Part shown: one piece after another, positions 29,850 through 41,118 of the stretch
Position numbering within the stretch: position 1 is the first letter of the stretch
Layout of the letters: each line of letters begins with the position of its first letter
Source: Candidatus Delongbacteria bacterium
GTDB taxonomy: Bacteria; UBA4055
Assembly (NCBI GenBank): GCA_016938275.1
Contig: JAFGUZ010000169.1
Coordinates: 1,734-65,733 of the forward strand
Direction: 5' to 3'
DNA length: 64,000 nucleotides
Made by a program: the position numbers and the translations under genes
The notes under the pieces: model-generated
The model's database searches: none
What the model saw: only the letters and a program-made list of their open reading frames with translations
Told to the model about the DNA's origin: nothing

Positions 29850-32800
29850 CTATTTTACTTGTATATCTTTATCGTCATTCCATAAACCTTTATCACCTTT
29901 TAATGTTCCTCCAATACGGATAGATCCGTTAGGATTAATCGATGGAACTATGGTGTTCACTGGTGGATCGTTAATTGGAAGTATCTCTATAGTATAATTG
30001 TAGATTTCACTATCAATTACCCCATCATTTACTTTTACATTTACGTCTAGATTACCAAAAAAGTCTATGTTTGGAACTATTTGCTGATTATTAAGTGAAT
30101 AATTTTCTCCTGACAATATAATCATACTAAAATCTAAAGGGTTTGAATTATCAGGATCAATGATAGTTAAATCAGATATGCTTATGCTAAAACTTTGTTC
30201 TTCAAGAAAACTTTTTGAAGCAAAATTAGTAATAATTGGTTTGTCATTTACTGGAGTTATTTCAATTATTCTTGATATTGCCAAAGAACTTGAATCACCA
30301 TCAAAAATCACAAAAGATATTGTTCTATCCAAATCTTCAGGATTATCAGATGTGTTATAGTATTTTATAGATCTCAATGCACTAAGGTAATTTTCTTTAG
30401 AAGAAGAACCTGAAAGACCTAGTATTCCTGTTTCATTATCATAATTTCCTGTTATCCCATTTTGATCTTGAAATTGAAGAATATCCTCTCCTGTTACGAA
30501 ATTTGAAGCTATTGAAATAGTTGCACTTTCTATTGAGGTGTCATCTACATCGGTAATTTTTAGAGTAGATGAAATTATTGTCGCGTCTTGGTTTTCAGTG
30601 TAAGAAATATTAGATGCTTCAATCTCAGATAGAATAGGTTTGTCGTTAACAGCAATTACGACAATCGGTCTTGATAATTCATTAGAAGAACCAGATTCAT
30701 TATTGATAGTAATTCTCACAGTTCGTGGAGTAGTAGTCGGAGTATCTGAATTATTTATAAAACCTAAACTTCTTACAAGAGTTAGATAATTGGAATAGTT
30801 TGACGATCCACTAAAAGTAAAAGTACCATTAACTTGCGATAGAACTATTCCAGATGAGGGAGGAATATTATAATATAACTCATCTTCACCGTTCATATAT
30901 CCATCTATTACAACATTCATTCCCAGCAAATTAGGATCATCATTATTGATAATATTTACAGTTCCACTAAAACCATAAATATGATTTTCAAGACAACCAA
31001 TAGGATTAGGATCAAAATTATTTATCACAAGAAGATCATTAACTGGGGATACATTGACTGTCAAAGTATTAAATTCTGTTGAATAATCAATACCATCATT
31101 AACTTTGTAATAAAGGGATAATTTGCCATTTCCATAAACATTTGCTGTAGGTTTAAATTTAATTTTAGACAAATCTTCTTTCCAAATTACTTGATCAATT
31201 TGAATTTGTTCATCATTTTCAGCAATATCATTTCCATTTTGATCAAAAAACAACGTACCATCTTTATAAAATCCAACGATTTTAATAAAATGCATAGTTT
31301 CAGTAGGGTCATCACTATCAAAGGATATATCGGTTGCATTCAGAGTAAATAAACCATCTTCTACTATAGTTTTTGTAAAATCTGATGAAGATGGAGGGGT
31401 ATTGGTAGGGATTTTAACAAATTTTATCTTACCAGGATTTGAAAACACAATTGTATTATTGTCTATTACAAAGCTGTTCTGTTTAATGTAAGTAGTTGTA
31501 GAAAAAAGATTAGGAAATTCAACATATTTACATTGCATATATCTACCTTCATCGAAGTTAAATAGGGATAAACGGTCACATTCGGATATAATATTTTCTA
31601 AATGAGCGATATATGAGTTAGAAACAGCTGCAACCTTGAAATTACCCGGATACTCATGAGTTTTCACAAAAATATTATCTTGATTTTTATAAACGCTAAC
31701 TATTCCGTCTAAAACTGTTAATATTGAATTTTCATCAGAGTATGAAAAGGTCGTGCCAGAGATAGTTTGTACAAGTGTAAATGAGTTATCTTGTTTTTTG
31801 AAAACATAAATATGAGCACCAAAATCATGAACAATATAATAATCATTGAGAAGTGTGACTTTTGGAGAGTAGGAATGTAAACTAGATGTTAAAAATGTGA
31901 AATCACTCTCCTTTACACACAAATTGTTTGTAAGGTCATACGTTGTAATTCTAAACATCTTATTATTAGATAGATGATTTAAGCTAGTACTGATAATCAA
32001 TTTATTGTTTTTAACTAATAATCTTCCACCAAAATATAAATCATCGTTCTCGTTAAATATTGTTTGCTGTAATTTCCATATATTGTTACTTTTTTTAAAC
32101 AAATAGACATAATCATAATCGCAGGTTCCTACAGCAATATATTCTCCATCAGTAGATATATTAGCACCAAATTTTTCACCTGGAATATATGGAATATATT
32201 TTGGAGATACTAATTGACTATCGAATACCCAGTCATTATTAATTTTGTTATAGATATTGACTACTCCATCAACACCATGTCCATATAAATTTGGCTCACC
32301 AATTACAAGAAGATTATCATTTATTTCTATAGGATTTAATTCATATTCTGAATTATAACTTGCAACATCAGCTGAAAACAATTTTCTTTGTTGTATCCAT
32401 GATTGCCCATTAAAATAAAAACTTGAAGCAGAACCAGAATCAGATCCAAATTCGTCATCTGCATAAGCTCCACATAATAATTGATCTCCCTTTAGACAAA
32501 TTACGGAACCTAATCTATCTCCTGGTTTGCGATTATAATCCATAGTATAATCTAAATAGTTCCATATTCCATCTTCTTTATGATACGTATAAACTGCTCC
32601 AGTTAATCCATAAACAGCATAAGCACCAACAGCAAAATTGTATCCAGATAAGGAAACAGAACAACCAAAAAATTCATAAGCAGCTGGATTTGGCTTTTGT
32701 ACTATTTTTTTTTGAACCCATACATTATCAATTTTTTCAAATATATATGCAGCACCAGCATAAGTATTTTTGCCATACGCACCAACTAATATTGTTGTGT

Positions 32801-33590
32801 TATCTATTGAAACACTAAAACCGAAATAATTATAAGCCAATCCATCTGATGCTAACAAATTCGCTTCTTGTACCCAATTGATTCCATCAAAACGAAAAAC
32901 GTAGGCAGATCCAGAATCTGCTCCTCTATCATCGTTTTTACTTGCTCCTACAACCAAATCATTTCCAGATATGGATATACTTTCTCCAAAGGCATCAAAT
33001 TGTCCACCGTCTGAAGCCATAATCTTCGATTGGTATTCCCAATTAGAATTGTTAAGCTTGTAGGTAAACACTGCTCCATTTTTTGAAGTTGAAAATGGAG
33101 CACCAACAACGATATAATGGCCATTTATAGCAATACTCGTTCCAAATTTATCTTCTGACTCTCTAGCTGGTGCTGTCAATTTTTGAACTTGATTCCATCC
33201 ATTTTCATTTAGAAGGAAAACATATGCAGAACCTGCACTATTATCATCACCAGGTGCACCAACAACAGCGTAGTTTCCGTATATTGCCACACTACTTCCA
33301 AATTTATCTCCAGCATATCTATCTGAAGCAGTTAATCGTTTTTGTCGTGACCACTGGTTTCCATATTTGTAATGAATATATGCAGAACCCATATCTCCAT
33401 CATCTCCATAAGCACCTACTATTCCAACATCATTAGATATTGAAACACTACATCCGAAATAATCATTAGAATCAGCATAGTTTTCTAAACTTATCTCACT
33501 CTCTTCCCACCCTGCAAAGATGTATGTAGACAAAAATAAAATAATCATAATCACAGTTATCGCTCTTATCTGATAAAAACTATTCATCAT
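29850..33590 (-). CDS. Large secreted FG-GAP beta-propeller plus cadherin/Ig-like adhesin
   Basis: Repeated FG.SVSISG...VGA..D...GSAYVF; VND.P/NDPP repeats in the C-terminal half. Confidence 0.85.
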   Translation of the reverse strand: MMNSFYQIRAITVIMIILFLSTYIFAGWEESEISLENYADSNDYFGCSVSISNDVGIVGAYGDDGDMGSAYIHYKYGNQWSRQKRLTASDRYAGDKFGSSVAIYGNYAVVGAPGDDNSAGSAYVFLLNENGWNQVQKLTAPARESEDKFGTSIAINGHYIVVGAPFSTSKNGAVFTYKLNNSNWEYQSKIMASDGGQFDAFGESISISGNDLVVGASKNDDRGADSGSAYVFRFDGINWVQEANLLASDGLAYNYFGFSVSIDNTTILVGAYGKNTYAGAAYIFEKIDNVWVQKKIVQKPNPAAYEFFGCSVSLSGYNFAVGAYAVYGLTGAVYTYHKEDGIWNYLDYTMDYNRKPGDRLGSVICLKGDQLLCGAYADDEFGSDSGSASSFYFNGQSWIQQRKLFSADVASYNSEYELNPIEINDNLLVIGEPNLYGHGVDGVVNIYNKINNDWVFDSQLVSPKYIPYIPGEKFGANISTDGEYIAVGTCDYDYVYLFKKSNNIWKLQQTIFNENDDLYFGGRLLVKNNKLIISTSLNHLSNNKMFRITTYDLTNNLCVKESDFTFLTSSLHSYSPKVTLLNDYYIVHDFGAHIYVFKKQDNSFTLVQTISGTTFSYSDENSILTVLDGIVSVYKNQDNIFVKTHEYPGNFKVAAVSNSYIAHLENIISECDRLSLFNFDEGRYMQCKYVEFPNLFSTTTYIKQNSFVIDNNTIVFSNPGKIKFVKIPTNTPPSSSDFTKTIVEDGLFTLNATDISFDSDDPTETMHFIKIVGFYKDGTLFFDQNGNDIAENDEQIQIDQVIWKEDLSKIKFKPTANVYGNGKLSLYYKVNDGIDYSTEFNTLTVNVSPVNDLLVINNFDPNPIGCLENHIYGFSGTVNIINNDDPNLLGMNVVIDGYMNGEDELYYNIPPSSGIVLSQVNGTFTFSGSSNYSNYLTLVRSLGFINNSDTPTTTPRTVRITINNESGSSNELSRPIVVIAVNDKPILSEIEASNISYTENQDATIISSTLKITDVDDTSIESATISIASNFVTGEDILQFQDQNGITGNYDNETGILGLSGSSSKENYLSALRSIKYYNTSDNPEDLDRTISFVIFDGDSSSLAISRIIEITPVNDKPIITNFASKSFLEEQSFSISISDLTIIDPDNSNPLDFSMIILSGENYSLNNQQIVPNIDFFGNLDVNVKVNDGVIDSEIYNYTIEILPINDPPVNTIVPSINPNGSIRIGGTLKGDKGLWNDDKDIQVK

Positions 33591-33822
33591 ATCTCCATTC
33601 TGGTTATATACTATTGTCGATTCAATCCGAGCGAAAAATAATAATTCTTATAAAAAAATCAATGATTTTGTGTAAGTTTTATGTTATACTTTAAAGATAA
33701 TGTGGTTTATAATCCTAAAATTAAATGATTGGTTAATATTGGAATAGTACTCATATGCGATAGAATTTCTTTTATGAAATTAGAAAATATGAAAAAGAAT
33801 AAAATTTTAAGCTATTAAAATG

Positions 33823-33845
33823 AGGTGTCAAAAACGACACCTTTT
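33823..33845. terminator. Terminator-like hairpin
   Basis: AGGTGTC-AAAAAC-GACACCT flanked by A/T runs, downstream of 33920-34879. Confidence 0.5.
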
Positions 33846-33919
33846 AAAAATAGTAATTCTAGTGTCTTTTATATCTCATATTTCTTTTAAAACTTAAGTT
33901 GCAAATAAAGTTTTCCAGT

Positions 33920-34879
33920 TTATTCAATGAATGAGACTTTGAATTTTTTTGGAATGTCCAATTTCCACTTTTCAACTTGAGACTTACTAAACAAGAATCT
34001 TCCATCATTTTCAGATATTGGAAGAATTTCCTGTGGTTTTTTTCCGTTGAATACCATCTTAACAATAACAGCTGCTTTTTTTCCCATTTCTTCTGCTGAA
34101 ATTACGTAACCGCCAATAGTTTTATTTTTACCAATACTAAAATCCCAAAATCCAAACAAAGGTAGTTGAGAGTTTTCTGATGTCCAAGTTATAATATTGT
34201 CCATACTCATAACTTTTCCAGATTCATCTTTGATTGTTTGATATAAGCCGACTATGATAAAGTCATAAAGATCTTTTGCATCTAGAATGGTTTTTTCCCA
34301 TTCAGAGGTTGAAGAAATTTGTTTAATTTCAACGTCACATCCATCGATAATTGTTTTATCTTTTTTACCAAAATATTCACTTTTTACAATATCTGAAGTT
34401 ACCCCATCATCAAATAGTATAAGTATTTTTTTTGAATCAGGAATAATCTCAGATAAGTATACTACAGATCTTTTTAGATTTGGTCTTTCTAGAACTCCGG
34501 TGATATTGTCAGGTAAATCTTTAAAATAATGACGTGGATTATTATTGATACCTAGATAAACAATAGGGGTGTTTGAATTTTCAAGTAAAGGTCCTACGTA
34601 TTGCAAGGCATTATCATCTCCTAAAACAACTAGATCGGGTTTCTTTTCTTCGTAGACTTGGAAAGCTTTTTCAGCCATTTTTGAAAATTCACTTTTAGGA
34701 ATATTCTTTGTATTCATTTCAAAAAAAGTCAGGTTATGACTACTACCCAACTCTTTTGATAAAGACTCTGTATAAGTCTTGTCCCAGCTAAAATCTGAAG
34801 AATAACTTTGTATCACTAGAATCTCTTTAGCCAGAAGAAATATCGGTAATACAAAAATTGCAACTAATCTAAGAAACAT
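33920..34879 (-). CDS. ABC-type substrate-binding protein
   Basis: Signal peptide; QSYS, PDLV..GDDNAL, GINN and TGVLER motifs. Confidence 0.8.
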   Translation of the reverse strand: MFLRLVAIFVLPIFLLAKEILVIQSYSSDFSWDKTYTESLSKELGSSHNLTFFEMNTKNIPKSEFSKMAEKAFQVYEEKKPDLVVLGDDNALQYVGPLLENSNTPIVYLGINNNPRHYFKDLPDNITGVLERPNLKRSVVYLSEIIPDSKKILILFDDGVTSDIVKSEYFGKKDKTIIDGCDVEIKQISSTSEWEKTILDAKDLYDFIIVGLYQTIKDESGKVMSMDNIITWTSENSQLPLFGFWDFSIGKNKTIGGYVISAEEMGKKAAVIVKMVFNGKKPQEILPISENDGRFLFSKSQVEKWKLDIPKKFKVSFIE

Positions 34880-35128
34880 ATACTACCCCTTCTTTATTAA
34901 ATTATAAAATAAAAATCACTATTTCCTTTTTTATATATCATATTTGTCATATTAAGATATTCTAATGATTATTCTATCAATTGTCAATGGCTTGTAGAAA
35001 TATAATATTTCATGAAAACATTGTACCAAGCAGTTAAATGGAAGTAATTTATATTTTGTTTTGAAATTATAATTATATTATATACTATTAAATAGTATCA
35101 TTAATTAAATAACAACTCGAGGTGACTC

Positions 35129-35854
35129 ATGAAAATGTTTTTACTGTTTCTAGTTGTATTCTCACTTTATGGGGAAAAAATAGTAATTGCTTCTGGAGAT
35201 TGGGAGCCATTCACATCAAGCAGAGATGAGAATGGAAAATTACTTGAATTGATAGTAAATGAAGTATTTAAAAATGCAGGTATTGATGTTGAGTACTTAT
35301 ATTATCCTTGGAAAAGAAGCTATGAACTTGTTAAGTCTGGAAAAGCTGATGCTACATTTCCTTGGATGAAAACGGAGGAGAGATTAAAAGAGGTGATTTA
35401 TCCAAATGAAAGTATCTTGCTAGAAAAATCAGTATTTTTTCACTTGAAAAGCACAAATTTTTCTTTTACAAATGATGCAGATTTAAAGAAATATAAATTT
35501 GGAGGAACACTTGGTTATTCTCTTGTCGGTTATCTAAAAGACAAAGGATTAGAAGTTGATGAAGTAGGGAATGAAATTTTGAATTTTAAAAAACTTTTAG
35601 CAAATAGGATAGATGTTTACCCAACATCGTTCATTGTTGGATATAATCTAATAAATAGAGAATTTCCTCCTGAGCAAGCGGCATTATTTACTAATTCTCC
35701 AAATATTATTAGTGAAGACGAGTACTTCCTTGTATTTTCTAAATCATCAGAAAATGGTAAATCTTTATCAGAAAAATTTGATAAAGGATTGAAGATGCTG
35801 AAAGAAAGTGGAAGATACGATGAAATTATGAATAGTTTCCTCGATAAGAAATAG
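35129..35854 (+). CDS. Solute-binding protein family 3
   Basis: DWEPF, PWKR, GGTLGYS and ESGRYDEI motifs. Confidence 0.88.
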   Translation: MKMFLLFLVVFSLYGEKIVIASGDWEPFTSSRDENGKLLELIVNEVFKNAGIDVEYLYYPWKRSYELVKSGKADATFPWMKTEERLKEVIYPNESILLEKSVFFHLKSTNFSFTNDADLKKYKFGGTLGYSLVGYLKDKGLEVDEVGNEILNFKKLLANRIDVYPTSFIVGYNLINREFPPEQAALFTNSPNIISEDEYFLVFSKSSENGKSLSEKFDKGLKMLKESGRYDEIMNSFLDKK

Positions 35855-35876
35855 TCAAACATTATATTGTTGAGAA

Positions 35877-35907
35877 CAGCAGGAGTTTTAGACTCCTGTT
35901 GTTTTTG
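35877..35907 (+). terminator. Intrinsic terminator
   Basis: CAGCAGGAGT-TTTAG-ACTCCTGTTG followed by a T tract. Confidence 0.7.
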
Positions 35908-36061
35908 ATATTTTGAAAGGGCTTTTTCAACCACTTTTTAAAAAGTTCTACTATTTGAACAATTAAACAAAATAGATAGGATTATAAATTATGAAATTAC
36001 ATAAATGAACCCATTGTATCAACTTCTCAAATTTTTAACTTTAAAAGTCTTCAATTTTCTC

Positions 36062-37138
36062 TTACTTCACAGTAATTCCGTTGCTATCATCGTCTAAAAC
36101 AACATGTCCAATTATTTCAGCTCTCTCATAACCTTCAGATCTAACTCTTTTTAAAAGCTTTTCTCCTTCATTTTCAGGAACGCTAATCAGTAATCCTCCG
36201 GAAGTTTGGGCATCGTACATCAACATTAGCTTGGTAGAATCCTCTACTGATGTTGTAACATATTTTTTAGCAAAATCTCTATTACTGTATGATCCGGACG
36301 GGAATAAACCCATACTTCCCATATCGTATGCACCCGACATAAATGGGATTTTTGCTGAATCTATAATAATTTTCAAATCATCGTGAAGCATCTCTTTTAA
36401 GTGACCTAACAATCCAAATCCTGTAACATCTGTCATCCCATTTACCCTGTGATCTAAAGCCGCAATAGAGCCAAGTTTATTCAATTGTGACATATAAAAA
36501 GCAGCCTCTAGCATATCTTTCTCATCGCACATATCAGCTTTTATAGCCGTAGTGAGTACACCCGTACCAATAGGTTTGGTTAATATTATTACGTCACCTT
36601 CCTTGATCCCACAATTTTTTATAAATCTTTTAGGATGAACAATTCCAGTAACAGACATACCAAATTTCATTTCAATATCCTCTACAGTATGACCACCAAG
36701 TATTACTCCACCAGCTTCTTTAACTTTTGAAATACCACCAGCTAAAATCTCTCTCAACATCTCTGCACTAATGTGACAGGAATCGTAAGCTACAACATTA
36801 AGTGCATTAAGGACTTTTGCTCCCATAGCAAAAATATCAGATAGACTATTAGCAGCTGCGATTTGACCATAAATATATGGGTCATTAACAACAGGAGTTA
36901 TAAAATCTACAGTTTGAACAATAGCGATATCATCACTAATACGGTAAATTCCGGCATCATCATTACCGTCAAATCCGTGTATGAAATCAGGTGAGACAGG
37001 ATAGTCCAATCCATGTAATACCTTGTGTAAGTCCGACGGACTTAATTTACCGGCTCAACCAGCAGCTCTTACATAGTTGGTTATCTTAATCTCTTTACCT
37101 TCATCGTCCAGATACTTTTTTATTTTGGGTAACATCAT
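36062..37138 (-). CDS. selD: Selenide, water dikinase; selenoprotein with in-frame UGA at 37055-37057
   Basis: DDAGIY, QTVDFITP, AAANSLSD, TDVTGFGLLGH and DAQTSGGLL motifs. The frame continues upstream of the tracked ORF through AAG(TGA)AGKL to ATG at 37138/37135. Confidence 0.93.
37028..37044 (-). promoter_or_regulatory. Candidate bacterial SECIS hairpin
   Basis: TAAGTCC-GTC-GGACTTA stem-loop starting about 11 nt 3' of the UGA. Confidence 0.7.
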
Positions 37139-38885
37139 AGCTTTTTACCAATTCGTAATGTTTTTTTAACTCTTTTTTTGAAAAATAAGATAGTAGTTCT
37201 TTTCTATTTCCAGGTTTTTGGAAACCGAAGATTTTATCTAATAGTTTTCTTTCGTCTACATTTTTTATAACAATTAGCTCTTCACCTGAATAAATATTTC
37301 TTTCAGTGTTGTAAACTATACTTGATAAAGATAAAGGTAATGGAACAAAAGGTCTAACTTCTGCCACAATAAGATTGTTTTCTATTACAAATTGCAATGT
37401 GTCCAGAACTGTATCAAGTGTCTCTCCAGGCATACCAGAGGTTAAAACAATTTTCAAAGTTTTATTAACACTAAACTCACCACATTTTTTCTTGAATTTT
37501 GTAACGAATTTTTTCAAGGGTTCAGAAGGAGGTAAATCATTGGCTTTTCTAACTATATCGGAGAAAGATCCGCAGTAGAGAGTAAATGTTGTACCTGTTC
37601 TTTTCTTCAAAATATCCTTTAAAAGGTCATCACTTTGGTTCAAAATTCTGTAATCGAAGGTATTGTCAAAATAAACTTGTCTAATACCTTTGAAATCCGA
37701 AATATCATCCATAGCTTTTGTAAATCTTGGAACATTTACAGAAAGATTTGAGCAAAAATCTTTACCTGCAGTTTCAAGACAAGTGTATCTTACACAGGAG
37801 TTACACTTATATGGCTTACGAATATCCAAAGCGTATTGATCACCCTTTCCATAGCCAGGATTCTTTAAAACAGATTTAAAATATTTACTTTTTCTTGTTC
37901 TGTCAGAATCCATCACCAAGGCTCCAATTCCTCTCTGTGAAATATCTCTGCCCTCGTGAATATAGGTATTACCACTAAGATCACCGATCTGAGTAAATAA
38001 TCCATTAGAAAGAACTTTTTCAAAGAATGGGATTTCTCCATTGATACCGAAATGAGGTTTATTTCTATAGGATTGATTAAAAATTATTTTCAACTGATCA
38101 TTATCGTATGGCAAATGGTTTTTATTTATAACTATATATCTGTCAAGTACTTTTTGGAATAGACCGTTTGAACCAGGATGAATATTGGCAAGGAAGGTTC
38201 TATACATAGAAATAAATGTTTCCTTATTTTCCCTGCATTCATCATAAGAAGGTAGTTCTTCATATCCTACGGGTTTATCTTTCGATATATAGGAAATTCC
38301 AGGTTGACCATAAAGACTTTCAAAACCAAGATCACTCTTCATGTGGTTGGCTGTTCTTTGAACATTTAGCTCCAATTTATCAAAAATTAAAAGATCTGCT
38401 TTAGAGTCGAAGAGAACAGGCTTTCTGATTTGATCACCCCAAAAATCATAGTGTGTAATTCTTCTGCCAGAAGCTTCTGCACCAGCTAAGACAACTTTAC
38501 AATCTTTGTATAGCGATTTTAATTTTGAAGTGATTGTAATGATGGCTCTGTCGGGTCTGTTTGATCTCTCTCCATCTTTTTGGAATGGATCAGAACTTCT
38601 AAACTTTTTAAAAGCACTGTAATTCATTGTCATCGAGTCTTCTTTACCTGTTATTAAGAGAAAAAAAAGTTCCGGTTTCCCGAATTTTTTAAAATCTTCA
38701 TCCTTACCAGGGTTGGAGATTATTACCGTTCTCATACCTGAACTTACCAAAACTCTTCCCACTCTTGCAATTTCATAATAGGGGTGATCTACATATTCAT
38801 CACAAGTAACGATTATTACATCTGCTTTTTTCCATCCATTTTTTTTCATTTCGTCATTATTAACGGGAAGAAAATCGGTCTTCAT
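37101..38885 (-). CDS. YgiQ/UPF0313-like protein lacking the radical-SAM CxxxCxxC motif
   Basis: YVDHP, RPDRA, EASGRRITHYDFW and DSKADLL match the YgiQ N-terminus; no CxxxCxxC before HEGR. Confidence 0.75.
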   Translation of the reverse strand: MKTDFLPVNNDEMKKNGWKKADVIIVTCDEYVDHPYYEIARVGRVLVSSGMRTVIISNPGKDEDFKKFGKPELFFLLITGKEDSMTMNYSAFKKFRSSDPFQKDGERSNRPDRAIITITSKLKSLYKDCKVVLAGAEASGRRITHYDFWGDQIRKPVLFDSKADLLIFDKLELNVQRTANHMKSDLGFESLYGQPGISYISKDKPVGYEELPSYDECRENKETFISMYRTFLANIHPGSNGLFQKVLDRYIVINKNHLPYDNDQLKIIFNQSYRNKPHFGINGEIPFFEKVLSNGLFTQIGDLSGNTYIHEGRDISQRGIGALVMDSDRTRKSKYFKSVLKNPGYGKGDQYALDIRKPYKCNSCVRYTCLETAGKDFCSNLSVNVPRFTKAMDDISDFKGIRQVYFDNTFDYRILNQSDDLLKDILKKRTGTTFTLYCGSFSDIVRKANDLPPSEPLKKFVTKFKKKCGEFSVNKTLKIVLTSGMPGETLDTVLDTLQFVIENNLIVAEVRPFVPLPLSLSSIVYNTERNIYSGEELIVIKNVDERKLLDKIFGFQKPGNRKELLSYFSKKELKKHYELVKSYDVTQNKKVSGR

Positions 38886-39029
38886 TTTATCTCCAATAAA
38901 TTTGTCTCAATATACTATGAATGTGCATAAAAGTCAAAAAGGACACATTATAAATATACCATTATTCAGTCAATTTATAGTAAAATGAGGTTGCCCACTA
39001 TAAGTTTCACAGACAACCCCATATTATCA

Positions 39030-39758
39030 CTATTGATTAAATCTTTTTTTACAAAAATCTAAATCTTCCAACGAGTTAATTCCATAAAGTGAATAAGGAT
39101 CATCAACAGTAAAGCTATCAATTTTAATATTATCTTCGATCATCAATTTAATCACATCAGGTAGATAATACTCATTTTGAGAATTATTATTATCTATTCT
39201 GTTTAGATATTTTAATAACAATTTATTATGAAAACAATAGTGTGAAGTGCTAACTTCGTTGATCATCAATTCCGAACTATTTGCATCTTTCTCTTCAACT
39301 ATTTTCACTATCTCTCCATTGTTGTCTCTTACCACTCTTCCATATGGTGGAGGTGTAACAAATTTAGCTGTAAGGAAAGTACAACCAGCTAAAGATTTTT
39401 CATGGACAGAAATAAGTTTTTTAACGATTTCTCTAGATATGAATGGAGCATCTCCAACTGTAATCAATGTATTACCATCAAAATCTTTCAGCCAATTTTC
39501 AGCACATAAGACAGCGTGTCCAGTGCCTAGCTGATCTTTTTGGATAATGTATTCATGGCATTTATTGCCAAGTTCTGATTTAATAGCATCAATATTCTCA
39601 GGACTTACAATTATTGCAATTTCATTCTCAGGCGATGAATATGCATCTACAACCATCGATATCATAGTCTGATCATTAACTTTTACTAAAACCTTAGGAA
39701 CATCTGTTTTCATTCTCGTTCCCTTACCTGCAGCAAGGATAACAACTTTATTTTTCAT
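39030..39758 (-). CDS. Stand-alone GlmU-like sugar-phosphate nucleotidyltransferase
   Basis: LAAGKGTRMK..PKVL, QLGTGHAV, YGRVVR, IVEEKDA and EYYLPD; no acetyltransferase beta-helix. Confidence 0.88.
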   Translation of the reverse strand: MKNKVVILAAGKGTRMKTDVPKVLVKVNDQTMISMVVDAYSSPENEIAIIVSPENIDAIKSELGNKCHEYIIQKDQLGTGHAVLCAENWLKDFDGNTLITVGDAPFISREIVKKLISVHEKSLAGCTFLTAKFVTPPPYGRVVRDNNGEIVKIVEEKDANSSELMINEVSTSHYCFHNKLLLKYLNRIDNNNSQNEYYLPDVIKLMIEDNIKIDSFTVDDPYSLYGINSLEDLDFCKKRFNQ

Positions 39759-41005
39759 TATATTCTCACTTCTTCCACTGTTCCATTTTTACGAGATTTT
39801 TCTGATCTGAAAACCATGAGGTGACTCATCAGAGTTTCATCAGCACCAGTTAGAATTTTTGAACTGTCACCACTAGATACAGCTTCGATAAAGTTTTCCA
39901 TTATACCACTATCTCCACCACCATGACCAGATAGCTTGTCAATACCTTCTTGGGAATCAATTTTTTTAACAGAATTGTCTCTGAAATTTATGATTTTGAT
40001 ATATCTTCCATCGCCTCTTATCTCGCCATGTGTACCGAAAATAGTAGTTCTTCTAGCTGTATATTCATTGAAAGCAGTCATTGTAAAATTTACTGTAGAT
40101 CCATCATCGAATGACATAGCGACAACCTGATTATCTACAACATCATTATCACACTCATAAACACATCTTCCATAAGGTCCTTCCTCTAAAGCTTTATAAA
40201 CACCATCGTAGCTTATATCGTCAGTTAAAATTGACAGAGGCCAACCTTTTACACCCTTATCAAAAAATCCCAAATAGATCTTTTTTGCAGAATAAGGGCA
40301 ATCCTTTTCTATATTCTCCGGACACATTGTACATTTGTCTGCTGCACCAGCCGGCTTTTCACTCTTTTTAAAATGATAAAGAGAGCCAAATGAAGCAACT
40401 TTACTACATTTAGAAGGCATGATATAATTTATCCAGTCCAAATCATGACAAGATTTCGCTAAAAGCATGAAGGATGATTCTTCCTCATTTCTCCAGTTGC
40501 CTCTTACAAATGAGTGTGCCTGATGCCAATATCCAACAGGTTCAAGTCTTTGCATAGATACTATTTTGCCAATAATACCAGTGTTTAAAACTTCTTTTAA
40601 CTTCTTTGTGAATGGAGTATAACGCAAAACATGACAAACAGACAAAATTACTTTATTGTCTTTACAAGCTTGAACAATCCGTCTGCATTCTTCTTCAGAA
40701 GGAGCCATTGGTTTTTCAAGAAGGATATGATATTTTTTTTCTGCAAACTTAATTGCAGGCTCTGTGTGCATTTTATCCTGAGTTGCAATAATTACTGCAT
40801 CTGCATGTTTTTCTTTATCAGCCAAACCTTCCCAACTATAAAAACATTGTTCTTCATTAAGATTAAACATGTTTTTAATTAGGTTTCTCTGAAAATCTCT
40901 AGGCTCTGCGACTCCAACGATAACTGCTTTATCTGGATTGTTTTTTATATAATTTGCATAAATTTGCCCTCTGTCACCAGCACCAGCAAGTATAACTTTT
41001 ATCAT
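39758..41005 (-). CDS. Gfo/Idh/MocA oxidoreductase
   Basis: GAGDRG, LLEKP, CHVLRY, CHDLD and GHGGGD motifs. Confidence 0.9.
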   Translation of the reverse strand: MIKVILAGAGDRGQIYANYIKNNPDKAVIVGVAEPRDFQRNLIKNMFNLNEEQCFYSWEGLADKEKHADAVIIATQDKMHTEPAIKFAEKKYHILLEKPMAPSEEECRRIVQACKDNKVILSVCHVLRYTPFTKKLKEVLNTGIIGKIVSMQRLEPVGYWHQAHSFVRGNWRNEEESSFMLLAKSCHDLDWINYIMPSKCSKVASFGSLYHFKKSEKPAGAADKCTMCPENIEKDCPYSAKKIYLGFFDKGVKGWPLSILTDDISYDGVYKALEEGPYGRCVYECDNDVVDNQVVAMSFDDGSTVNFTMTAFNEYTARRTTIFGTHGEIRGDGRYIKIINFRDNSVKKIDSQEGIDKLSGHGGGDSGIMENFIEAVSSGDSSKILTGADETLMSHLMVFRSEKSRKNGTVEEVRI

Positions 41006-41118
41006 TTTTCTCCCCTGGAAATATTTGTTGTTTAAATAAAAAAACTTAATTGCTTCATAGCAAGTTAATTTTGATCATTTTTTTTGTATATTTATCAAAA
41101 AAAGCGATGGAGTTTCGT

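Noticed and set aside
37055..37057. selD pseudogene or genome-wide UGA reassignment
   Set aside because: The UGA sits exactly at the catalytic Cys/Sec position with a downstream hairpin, and other genes here end normally in TGA.
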